In this document: positions 17,902 to 25,853 of the stretch, piece by piece
Position numbering within the stretch: position 1 is the stretch's first letter
Layout: each line of letters opens with the position of its first letter
Assembly: GCA_964424995.1 (NCBI GenBank)
Contig: CAYRLC010000002.1
Span: forward strand, 1 to 53,646
Direction: 5' to 3'
Origin: an uncultured Croceicoccus sp.
Lineage (GTDB): Bacteria; Pseudomonadota; Alphaproteobacteria; Sphingomonadales; Sphingomonadaceae
DNA length: 53,646 nucleotides
Position numbers and translations under genes: made by a program
Notes under the pieces: model-generated
Seen by the model: the letters and a program-made list of their open reading frames with translations, nothing else
Databases searched by the model: none
Told to the model about the DNA's origin: nothing

Positions 17902-18225
17902 TCAGGCCGGGGCGGTGGCCTCTTCGCCCCCGCTGTCGCTTAGGCAATCGAGAATGCGGATGTCGGGTTCGCCGTCGAGGCTGGCCCAGCCTTCCTCCGA
18001 CATGGCGACGTGGTAAGGTTGCAGCGCGTGCGCCTCGAACGCGGCGCGGTCGCGGAACACTTCGCTGAAAGTGAAGGCGTGGGGGTTTTCCGGGTCGCGC
18101 ATGATCTGGAAATGCAGGGTGTCCGGCTCGTTCGCGCGAACGTCCTTCTGCAGCTGGGTGACCAGTTCCACGAAGCGCTCGGTCTTGTCCGGCAGGGTCC
18201 GGATATGCATGATGACGCCGATCAC
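17902..18225 (-). CDS. ABM-domain protein (putative quinol/antibiotic biosynthesis monooxygenase)
   Basis: VRANEPDTLHFQ...FSEVFRDRAAFEAHALQPYH; GTG start at 18225 (alternative ATG 18210). Confidence 0.85.
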   Translation of the reverse strand: MIGVIMHIRTLPDKTERFVELVTQLQKDVRANEPDTLHFQIMRDPENPHAFTFSEVFRDRAAFEAHALQPYHVAMSEEGWASLDGEPDIRILDCLSDSGGEEATAPA

Positions 18226-18242
18226 GGGAGAGGCCTTTCCAA

Positions 18243-19733
18243 ATGAGGGACAATCTGCTGGCCGAGGCTGCGCGCCTTGCCCAAGGGCCGAACCCCGCTG
18301 ACGCCGCGCCGCTGGTGGCGCGGTTGCTGCGCGACACGCCGGGCGATGCCGATGCGCTGACGCTGGCGGGGCTGGTCGCCCAGCGCACGGGGCGCAGCGA
18401 AGAGGCGATCGTGCGGTTCGCTGCCGCGCGCGCTGCCGACAGGGGCAACCCGGCCCGGCACCAGAACCTGGCCGTGGCGCTGAAGGGGGCGGGACGGTTC
18501 GACGAAGCGCTTGCCGCTTTCGGTGAGGCGCTGCGCCTGCGCCCCGGCCATCCTGCGACGCTGGCCAACATGGCATCGTGCCTGCTCGCCGCCGATCGCC
18601 CCTGTGAAGCGGTCGCCGTGCTGGAGGGCGTGGCCGACCATCCCGACGTGCTGAACCATCGCGGCATCGCGCTGGCGCGTCTGGGTCGCCGGGCCGAGGC
18701 TGCCGACGCCTACCGCCGCGCGCTCATGCTGCGCCCCGGCCACGTCGAGACCCGGCTCAACCTGGCCGACGTGGCGGACGATGCGGAGGCCGAAAAGCTG
18801 GCTAGCAGCGTGCTGGCCGAAGTGCCGAACCATCCCCGCGCGGCGAACCAGCTCGGCCTGCTGCGCGAGAGGGCGGGCGACAGGGCCGGTGCCGCCCGCG
18901 CGCTGGCGCAAGGCTTCGACCGGGCGCGGCCCCATCATGCGCTGGGCATCAACCTTGCCCGCAATCTCATCCGCAGCGGGCAGCCGCGCGAGGCGCTGAC
19001 GGTCTGCGAAGACATGCTGGCCGGTTCGCCCTCGGTCACCACGCCGCTGGCGCTGGCGAGCGTCGCGCTGGACCGGTTGGGCGAGAGCGAGGCGCGCGAC
19101 ACCCTGATGGGCATCGATCGCTTCGTCACCGTGCACGACATCGACGCAGTGGACGGCTTTGCCGACATGGCCGCCTTCAACGCCGCGCTGGTTGCCGAAC
19201 TCGCCGCGCATCCCTCGCTGGTCGAGGAGCCGGAGGGGCTGGTCACCAGACAGGGGCGGCAGAGCGACGAACTCGCCCATGATGCTACGCCCGCGATCGC
19301 CGCTTTGGGCGATTTGGCCCGCAGCAAGCTGGCGGCGAAACGGGAGCGGTTGGCGGGCATGGCCAAGGACCATCCCTTCCTGCGCGCGCTGCCCGATGAA
19401 TGGAGCCTCACCCTGTGGGGCACGATCCTGCGTGCCGGCGGCGAGGTGGGGGCGCACATCCATGCGCCGAACTGGATGTCGGGGGTCTATTACCCCGATT
19501 TCGCGGAGGAAGAGGGCGGCGCCTTCGCCATCGGCGTACTGCCCGGCGAACTGGGCGAGCCCGACTTGCCGCACCGGGTGTTCCGCCCGCGCACCAGCCG
19601 GATGATCCTGTTTCCATCGTACCTGTGGCACGGCACCCTGCCGTTTGCCGGGGCCGACCGGATCAGCTTCGCCTTCGACCTTGTGCCCGCAGGGGTCGGC
19701 AATCCGCACCGGCTGGCGCGAAAGGTCGGATAG
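18243..19733 (+). CDS. TPR-repeat protein with C-terminal putative 2OG-Fe(II) oxygenase domain
   Basis: Several TPR-like helical repeats, then AHIHAPNWMSGVYY and FPSYLWHGTLPF...RISFAFD. Confidence 0.85.
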   Translation: MRDNLLAEAARLAQGPNPADAAPLVARLLRDTPGDADALTLAGLVAQRTGRSEEAIVRFAAARAADRGNPARHQNLAVALKGAGRFDEALAAFGEALRLRPGHPATLANMASCLLAADRPCEAVAVLEGVADHPDVLNHRGIALARLGRRAEAADAYRRALMLRPGHVETRLNLADVADDAEAEKLASSVLAEVPNHPRAANQLGLLRERAGDRAGAARALAQGFDRARPHHALGINLARNLIRSGQPREALTVCEDMLAGSPSVTTPLALASVALDRLGESEARDTLMGIDRFVTVHDIDAVDGFADMAAFNAALVAELAAHPSLVEEPEGLVTRQGRQSDELAHDATPAIAALGDLARSKLAAKRERLAGMAKDHPFLRALPDEWSLTLWGTILRAGGEVGAHIHAPNWMSGVYYPDFAEEEGGAFAIGVLPGELGEPDLPHRVFRPRTSRMILFPSYLWHGTLPFAGADRISFAFDLVPAGVGNPHRLARKVG

Positions 19734-19759
19734 ACCGAACCATTCGGCAAGAACGGACA

Positions 19760-19803
19760 CGGCCGCCTGCCCCGATCCCGAAGGATCGGTTGGCAGACGG
19801 CCG
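19760..19803. terminator. Long GC hairpin between convergent TPR-2OG and TonB receptor genes
   Basis: CGGCCGCCTGCC-CCGATCC-CGAA-GGATCGG-TT-GGCAGACGGCCG; no U tract. Confidence 0.45.
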
Positions 19804-19869
19804 CACCGAGCGCGGGCCCGGGAGGGACCGGGGCCGCCAGCGACGCGGAGGAGTCGCGCCGCCATCGGC

Positions 19870-22203
19870 TCAGTACTTCGCCGAGACTTCGAAACCGATC
19901 GAACGCGGCGGCGCGTAGTTGGTGAAGTTGAACAGGCCCGCGACCGAGTTCGCGCTGACGCGGTAGACCTTGTCGAGCAGATTGCGGCCGTAGAGCGTGA
20001 CCCGATAAGTCTCGGTCGGGTCGCTCCACGAAATGCCCGCACCGACCAGGGTGCGCGCCTCGCCTTGCGAGAAGGGCGCGTTGAGCGTGCCCGATTCGTA
20101 TTCCGACTGGTAGTTCACGTCCGACTGGATGGCGAACTGGCCGAAGTCGGTCGGCTCGAACTCGTACCGAACATTGGCGTTGAGCGTCCATTCCGGCGTG
20201 TTGCGCAGCTTGAGGTACGAGGCATCGTCGTTCACCCCGTCGCCGTTCACGTCGGTCGAGAACTCGTCGTACTTCGCCTTCTGCCAGCCGAGGCCGCCAC
20301 CGATGGTCAGGCCCGCGACGGGCGCGGCCGACACTTCGAGCTCGAGACCGTAGACGTGGGCCTTGCCGGCGTTGGTGGTCTTCGTCTCCTGCCCCGGCAG
20401 ACCGGTGATCGGGTCGATGAAGGGCACCACCGCGTCGCGCTGCAGGTCGTTGTACTTCACGTAGAAGCCCGCGACGTTCACGCGCAGGCGGCGGTCGTCG
20501 GTCTCGGTCTTCAGGCCCAGTTCGAAGCTGTCGGCGGTCTCTTCCTTGAACGGCAGGGCGGACGTGGCCGACATCGCCTGTTCGTTGTACCCGCCCGACT
20601 TGTAGCCCTGGCTGTAGGTGAAGTAGTTGTTGATGCCCGGCGCGACGTCCCAGCGATAGCCTGCGCGGATGGTGGGCCGGCTGAACTTCTTGCTGTCGGC
20701 ATATTCGGGCCAGAACCCGCCTTCCACGACCGAGCGCGGCACTTGCGGACGGACGGCGAAGTCCTTCTTCTCCGCCGTGTAGCGCGCGCCGAAGAACACC
20801 GCGAGCGGATCGGCGACCTGGTACTCGGCCTCACCGAAGGCGGCGTAGGAATCGACCTTGTAGTAGGCGGTCGACAGATTCGGGTCGGTCAGCGAACCCG
20901 GGCTGCCGAGGAAGCGCAGGAAGCCGAGGAAGCTGGTCGCGTTGGCGTCCATCTTCTGGCCCCAGTACATCGCGCCGGCGGTGAACTTGAACACGTCGGA
21001 GAAGTCCGACGAGAACCGCGCCTCGAGGCTGTACTGCTTGCGCACGTCGTCGCGGGTGGAGACGAACAGGTAGGCGTTCTCGCCCGTATAGTCGGAGGGA
21101 AGCTGCGACTTCACCCGGCGATAGCCGCCGACCAGGGTGATCGTGCCGGTGCCGTCCATCGTGTGTTCGCCGCGGGCGTAGACGCCGTCGACGTCGATGC
21201 GGTGACCGCTCAGCGTTCCCGGGCAAGTCGCCGCGGTGGCCGAACCCTCGCACAGCGTCGTGCCCGTTTCCAGCGGATCGGCGCCGGTCACCTGGATGCC
21301 GGGGAAGCCCACTAGCGAGAACAGGAAGTCGGCCGGCGATTCGTTGGTCGATGCCGGGGAATCGCCGCGGTCGCGCAGCAGTTCGTAAGTCAGCATCAGG
21401 TTGGTGTCGGCGCTCGGCTCGAACAGCAGCTTGCTGCGCGCGCTGATGTAATGCGTGCCGTTGTGGCGCTTGCCGGTGCCGGGCAGGCCCTGGATGCCGT
21501 CGACGTCGTTGTTCTTGGTGAGCCGGATGTAGCCGTCGCTATCCTGGAACGAGGCGGCGGTGCGGAAGAACAGCTTGTCCGACAGCGGGATGTTGATCGC
21601 CGCCTTCACGTCCTTGGTGTCGAAGCTCGAATAGCCGAGGCGGATCTCGCCGCCGAAATCGGCGGTCGGGCGCTTGGTAATGACGTTGACCACGCCGCCG
21701 ACGGTGTTCTTGCCGAAGAGGGTGCCCTGCGGACCGCGCAGCACTTCGAGCCGGTCGATGTCGAACAGGTCGAACAACTGGGTCTGCACGTGGGCGAGCA
21801 CGAAGTCGTCGATGACCACGCCGACCGCCGGTTCGAAGGTCAGGATGATGTCGCCGGTCGACTGGCCGCGGATACCGATCGAGGCCGCGTTGAAGCCCGG
21901 GACGTTGGTGATGACGACGTTGGGCACGTCGCCGGCAAGGCCGCGGATGTCGGTGGCGAACTTGTTCTCGATGGCCGCGGAGGTGAAGGCGGTGACGGCC
22001 ACCGGCGTATCCTGCAGCGATTCCGAAACGCGGCGAGCGGTGACGACGATTTCCTCAAGCCCGGCGTTCCGGTCGGGCTGGGTCGTCTGCGTCGTAGTAG
22101 CGGCATCCTCGCTCGACTGTGCCAGCGCCTGCGAACTTGTCGTCGCCATGAGCCCCGCCGCGAACAGCTTCAGGGCGCAATCCATCTTCTTGGTGCCGAT
22201 CAT
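19870..22203 (-). CDS. TonB-dependent receptor
   Basis: Signal peptide, TonB box LEEIVVTARR, plug motif EVLRGPQGTLFGKNTVGG, YSQGYKSGG, aromatic C-terminus (AKY). Confidence 0.95.
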   Translation of the reverse strand: MIGTKKMDCALKLFAAGLMATTSSQALAQSSEDAATTTQTTQPDRNAGLEEIVVTARRVSESLQDTPVAVTAFTSAAIENKFATDIRGLAGDVPNVVITNVPGFNAASIGIRGQSTGDIILTFEPAVGVVIDDFVLAHVQTQLFDLFDIDRLEVLRGPQGTLFGKNTVGGVVNVITKRPTADFGGEIRLGYSSFDTKDVKAAINIPLSDKLFFRTAASFQDSDGYIRLTKNNDVDGIQGLPGTGKRHNGTHYISARSKLLFEPSADTNLMLTYELLRDRGDSPASTNESPADFLFSLVGFPGIQVTGADPLETGTTLCEGSATAATCPGTLSGHRIDVDGVYARGEHTMDGTGTITLVGGYRRVKSQLPSDYTGENAYLFVSTRDDVRKQYSLEARFSSDFSDVFKFTAGAMYWGQKMDANATSFLGFLRFLGSPGSLTDPNLSTAYYKVDSYAAFGEAEYQVADPLAVFFGARYTAEKKDFAVRPQVPRSVVEGGFWPEYADSKKFSRPTIRAGYRWDVAPGINNYFTYSQGYKSGGYNEQAMSATSALPFKEETADSFELGLKTETDDRRLRVNVAGFYVKYNDLQRDAVVPFIDPITGLPGQETKTTNAGKAHVYGLELEVSAAPVAGLTIGGGLGWQKAKYDEFSTDVNGDGVNDDASYLKLRNTPEWTLNANVRYEFEPTDFGQFAIQSDVNYQSEYESGTLNAPFSQGEARTLVGAGISWSDPTETYRVTLYGRNLLDKVYRVSANSVAGLFNFTNYAPPRSIGFEVSAKY

Positions 22204-22281
22204 GTTTCCCTCTCCCCCATTCGTCCGCCCATTCGATCGTGGGGCGGTACGAATCAGTTTCGGCCAAGCGCCGATGGCTGC

Positions 22282-22303
22282 AAATGAACGCATGTGTTCA
22301 TTT
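22282..22303. promoter_or_regulatory. Second, distinct palindrome AAATGAACGCATGTGTTCATTT (putative operator)
   Basis: 20 of 22 positions self-complementary; lies between the divergent TonB receptor and second TetR gene. Confidence 0.6.
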
Positions 22304-22320
22304 TTGTGAAGAGGAAAAAT

Positions 22321-22338
22321 ACAATCATGTATGGTTGT
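22321..22338. promoter_or_regulatory. Putative TetR operator, copy 5 (ACAATCA-TGTA-TGGTTGT)
   Basis: Preceded by GAAAAAT exactly as copy 2 is. Confidence 0.78.
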
Positions 22339-22426
22339 TTTATGCCGCGTTCGCGAAAAGGGTGGCTTTGCGGCACCTTGCGCGGGACCGGCGCGGCGCG
22401 ATGATGCCGAGATGACAGAGGGGGAT

Positions 22427-23149
22427 ATGGGCGTGTCGACAGTCGATGCTGCACCGCAGGAGACTCGGAGCGAATCGGAAGTGCCGAAACGGCGCTACAC
22501 CTCGCCCGCGATGCGCGAACGGCGCCGGCGCATCGTCGATGTCGCCCACCGCCTGATGGGCGAGGGTGTCGGCGCACTGACCATCCGCCGCCTCTCCGAA
22601 GAGGCCGAAGTGGCGCAGCGCACGATCTACCGCCTGTTCGGCGACAAGGAAGGCGTGATCAGCGCGACCGTCGTCGACCGCATGGTGGAGGTGCGCGAGG
22701 CGATCGCGGCGCGGGCCCTGACCTATACGCTGCCCGTGGTATTCGACGAACTGGACTGGATGGTCAGCGAGATGGACCGCGACACGCTCTACGCCCGCGT
22801 TGTCGTGGGCTTCGTGTTCGATGCCGAACTGCGTCCCCTGGCCGTGCGCGAACTGACCAGCGTGGCGCGGACGCGGTTCCTCAACTGGCACGCGGTGCAG
22901 CGGCACGCGGGCCTGACCCGCGACGACCTGGATCTCGAACAGGTAGCGCGCGAGCATGTCGCGCACGAATTTCTCGTCTATCGCCGGTGGACGCTGAACG
23001 TTTCGACCAGCGAGCAATGCCGCCTCGAACTGCGGGCCTGCTTCCTCGCCAGCGCGATGCTGCTGCTGAAGGACGCCGCGAGAGAGGAGTACCGGGCGGA
23101 ACTGGCGCGCATCCAGAAACAGCTTCGCCGGATCGATCCGCCCGCCTGA
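22427..23149 (+). CDS. TetR/AcrR family transcriptional regulator
   Basis: RRRRIVDVAHRLMGEGVGALTIRRLSEEAEVAQRTIYRLFGDKEG HTH. Start estimated after GAGGGGG. Confidence 0.9.
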   Translation: MGVSTVDAAPQETRSESEVPKRRYTSPAMRERRRRIVDVAHRLMGEGVGALTIRRLSEEAEVAQRTIYRLFGDKEGVISATVVDRMVEVREAIAARALTYTLPVVFDELDWMVSEMDRDTLYARVVVGFVFDAELRPLAVRELTSVARTRFLNWHAVQRHAGLTRDDLDLEQVAREHVAHEFLVYRRWTLNVSTSEQCRLELRACFLASAMLLLKDAAREEYRAELARIQKQLRRIDPPA

Positions 23150-23190
23150 CATCCGCCATTTCCCAAGACATTGCCAAGAGAGGATACGAC

Positions 23191-23646
23191 ATGACGCTGG
23201 AAGACATGATCGCGCGCGAGGAGATCCGCGAGTTGCGCGTGGCCTACTCCACCGGTTTCGACGAGATGGACGAAGCGGCGGTTCGCGCCAATTTCACTGA
23301 CGACATCGTCTGCCACTACCCGGTCGATTTCGGCGGGCCGATCGAGGGTGTCGAGGCGGTCATCGCGCTGTTCCGCGCGAACTGGGACATGATGACCTAT
23401 CCCTACGACACCGTGCACTTCATCGGCAACCACACGGTCACACTGACCGGGCCAGACACCGCCAGGGGTCAGTGCATGCTGCTCGATTTCGTGAACCGGC
23501 AGGACAAGGGCCTGTCCACGCGCGGCGGGCACGACAATCCGCTGCTGCTGATCGGACGCTACGAGGACGAATACGTGAAGCAGGACGGGCGCTGGAAGTT
23601 CAAGCGCATCCGGCTCACCACCTCGTGGCCGGGCCGCGCCGTTTGA
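23191..23646 (+). CDS. SnoaL/NTF2-like protein (BaiE/LinA-like)
   Basis: AREEIRELRVAY...D, HFIGNH, GRYEDEYVKQDGRWKF; RBS GAGAGG. Confidence 0.85.
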   Translation: MTLEDMIAREEIRELRVAYSTGFDEMDEAAVRANFTDDIVCHYPVDFGGPIEGVEAVIALFRANWDMMTYPYDTVHFIGNHTVTLTGPDTARGQCMLLDFVNRQDKGLSTRGGHDNPLLLIGRYEDEYVKQDGRWKFKRIRLTTSWPGRAV

Positions 23647-23693
23647 TCGGCTGAGGGCCTTTGTGATCGGCTAAACGGCCAGCGGCGACCGGC

Positions 23694-25838
23694 TCACCTG
23701 TTCGTGGAGCCGGTCGCGCTTTCGTTCTTGCCGCTGCGCAGTTCGGCAGCGCGGGCACGGATGAACTGGCGCAGCGATGCAAGCTGATCGTCGGTGAATT
23801 CGCCGAACTGCGGCATTCCCGCCGGCACCAGCGCACCGTCGCGTACGACCGAGGCGAAGGCTTCCGCATCGAAGGCCGTGCCTGCCGTGCGCAGATCGGG
23901 CGCGGTGCCGCCGCCGATCGCGGCCGTGCCGTGGCAGACCGCGCAGCGCCCGTTGAACAGCGCCTCGCCCTTTGCCGCCAGCGCCGCATCGGGCCGGTAA
24001 TCGGCATCGGGATAGGCGACCGCCTTGTAGGGCTCCTGCGGCGGGAGGGCCGTCTTGCCGCCGATCGCGAACGTCAGCACCCGCCGCTTCTGATGGCGGT
24101 AGTCGATGCCGTATTTCGTGAACATCGGGCCGAACAGCCCGGCGCTGGTGCCGATACCCGCCACGACCGTCACGTATTGCTTGCCGTTGTGGCGATAGGA
24201 AATCGGCGGCGCGACCACCGGCGCACCGGCGTTGAAGTTCCACAACCGCTTGCCACTGCGCGCGTCATAGGCTGAGAAGCCGCTGTCGGGCCGCCCCTGG
24301 AAGATCAGGTTGCCGCCCGTCGCCATGATCCCGCCGTTGAGGTGGGCTTCCATCGGCAGCTTCCAGCGCGGCTCCTGTTTCACCGGGTCCCATGCGATCA
24401 GCCACCCGGTCTGCGCCCTGCCGCCGTTGTCGATGGCGTAACCGACGCCCGAGGTCAGCCCCATGTCCGGGTTCCACTTGAAGTTCTCGCGCGTGATCCC
24501 GCTGTCATCGTAAGTGACCTGCAGGTCGATCGCCGGGATGTAGGCAAGCCCCGTCTGCGGGCTGTAGGCCATCGGCATCCAGCTATGCGCGCCCAGCGGG
24601 GTGGGGCGGAAGGTGGCCGGGCCGTTCTCGTAACGAATGTTCGGCGCCTCGATCGGGCGGCCGGTGGCGATGTCGATGCCGGTGGCCCAGGTGACGTCGA
24701 CGAAGGGCTTGGCGCTGATCAGCTTTCCGGTCTTGCGGTCGATGACATAGTAGAACCCGTTCTTCGGCGCGGTCATCACCACCTGCCGCGGCTGACCGTC
24801 GATGGTGAGATCGGCCAGTTCCATGTCCATCGACGCGTTGAAGTCCCAGCTTTCGCCGGGATTGATCTGGTAATGCCACTTGTAGGCCCCGGTCTTCGCA
24901 TCCAGCGCGACGATCGAGCAGAGGAACAGGTTGTCGCCCTTGCCGGCAGAGCGGATCTTGCGGTTCCACGGTGCGCCGTTGCCGGTGCCCAGCAGGATCT
25001 GGTCGTTCGCAGCGTCGTAAGTCATCGCGTTCCACACGCTGCCGCCGCCGCCGTATTTCCACCATTCCCCGGCCCAGGTCTTCGCCGCCATCGCCATGGC
25101 TTCGTTCTCGAATCCGTCCGCCGGATTGCCGGGGACGGTGTAGAACTGCCACAGCTTCTTGCCCGTATCGGCGTCGAAGGTGACGACCAGCCCGCGCACG
25201 GGGCCCGAATCCGACCCGCCGCTGCCGATGATCACCTTGCCGTCGAAGACCCGCGGCGGGCCGGAAATGAAGCGGTGGTCCTCCTTGGGGAAGGTCTGCA
25301 CGCTCCACACCGGCTGGCCGGTCGCTTCGTCCAGCGCGATCAGGCGGCCGTCCTGCGTGGCGGTGATGACCTTGTGGTTCCAGTAGGCGATACCGCGGCT
25401 GCCCCAGCCTTGCCGCAGCTTGATCCCCGACGCTTCGGGCGCCCGGGGATCGTATGTCCACTTCACCTTGCCGGTCTCGACATCGATGGCGCGGATCACC
25501 GAATAGCCGGTGGCGAGATAGATCGTGCCGCCGACCTCGATCGGGCCGGTCGCCGGATTGCCAACGGGCAGGTCGACGAACCATGCCAGGCCAAGTTCGC
25601 CGACATTCTCGGCGTTGATGTCCGCCAAGGGGGTGTAGTGCTGCTCGCCATAAGTGCGACCGAATGAGGGCCAGTCCTCGCCGTCGCTGCCGTCGGCCAG
25701 TTGCGCCAGCCAGCTTTTCGCACTCGCGGTGGCGGTCCCATCCTGCGACGAACAGGATGAGAGCGTGACGGCAAGGGCGAGCATGCCGGTCGCGGCCGCC
25801 AGCGCCGCGCCGGATTTCCTTCGGATCATCGCTAACAA
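23694..25838 (-). CDS. Quinohemoprotein PQQ dehydrogenase with C-terminal cytochrome c
   Basis: Signal peptide, Trp-docking repeats, GGGSVWNAMTYD, GTGNG, KNGFYY, GAHSWMPM, heme motif CAVCH and PAGMP. Confidence 0.92.
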   Translation of the reverse strand: MLAMIRRKSGAALAAATGMLALAVTLSSCSSQDGTATASAKSWLAQLADGSDGEDWPSFGRTYGEQHYTPLADINAENVGELGLAWFVDLPVGNPATGPIEVGGTIYLATGYSVIRAIDVETGKVKWTYDPRAPEASGIKLRQGWGSRGIAYWNHKVITATQDGRLIALDEATGQPVWSVQTFPKEDHRFISGPPRVFDGKVIIGSGGSDSGPVRGLVVTFDADTGKKLWQFYTVPGNPADGFENEAMAMAAKTWAGEWWKYGGGGSVWNAMTYDAANDQILLGTGNGAPWNRKIRSAGKGDNLFLCSIVALDAKTGAYKWHYQINPGESWDFNASMDMELADLTIDGQPRQVVMTAPKNGFYYVIDRKTGKLISAKPFVDVTWATGIDIATGRPIEAPNIRYENGPATFRPTPLGAHSWMPMAYSPQTGLAYIPAIDLQVTYDDSGITRENFKWNPDMGLTSGVGYAIDNGGRAQTGWLIAWDPVKQEPRWKLPMEAHLNGGIMATGGNLIFQGRPDSGFSAYDARSGKRLWNFNAGAPVVAPPISYRHNGKQYVTVVAGIGTSAGLFGPMFTKYGIDYRHQKRRVLTFAIGGKTALPPQEPYKAVAYPDADYRPDAALAAKGEALFNGRCAVCHGTAAIGGGTAPDLRTAGTAFDAEAFASVVRDGALVPAGMPQFGEFTDDQLASLRQFIRARAAELRSGKNESATGSTNR

Positions 25839-25853
25839 CCCTTTACCGTTCGA

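Noticed and set aside
24820-24860. Lanthanide-dependent (XoxF/PedH-type) dehydrogenase
   Set aside because: The motif is WDFN, lacking the extra Asp two residues after the catalytic Asp.
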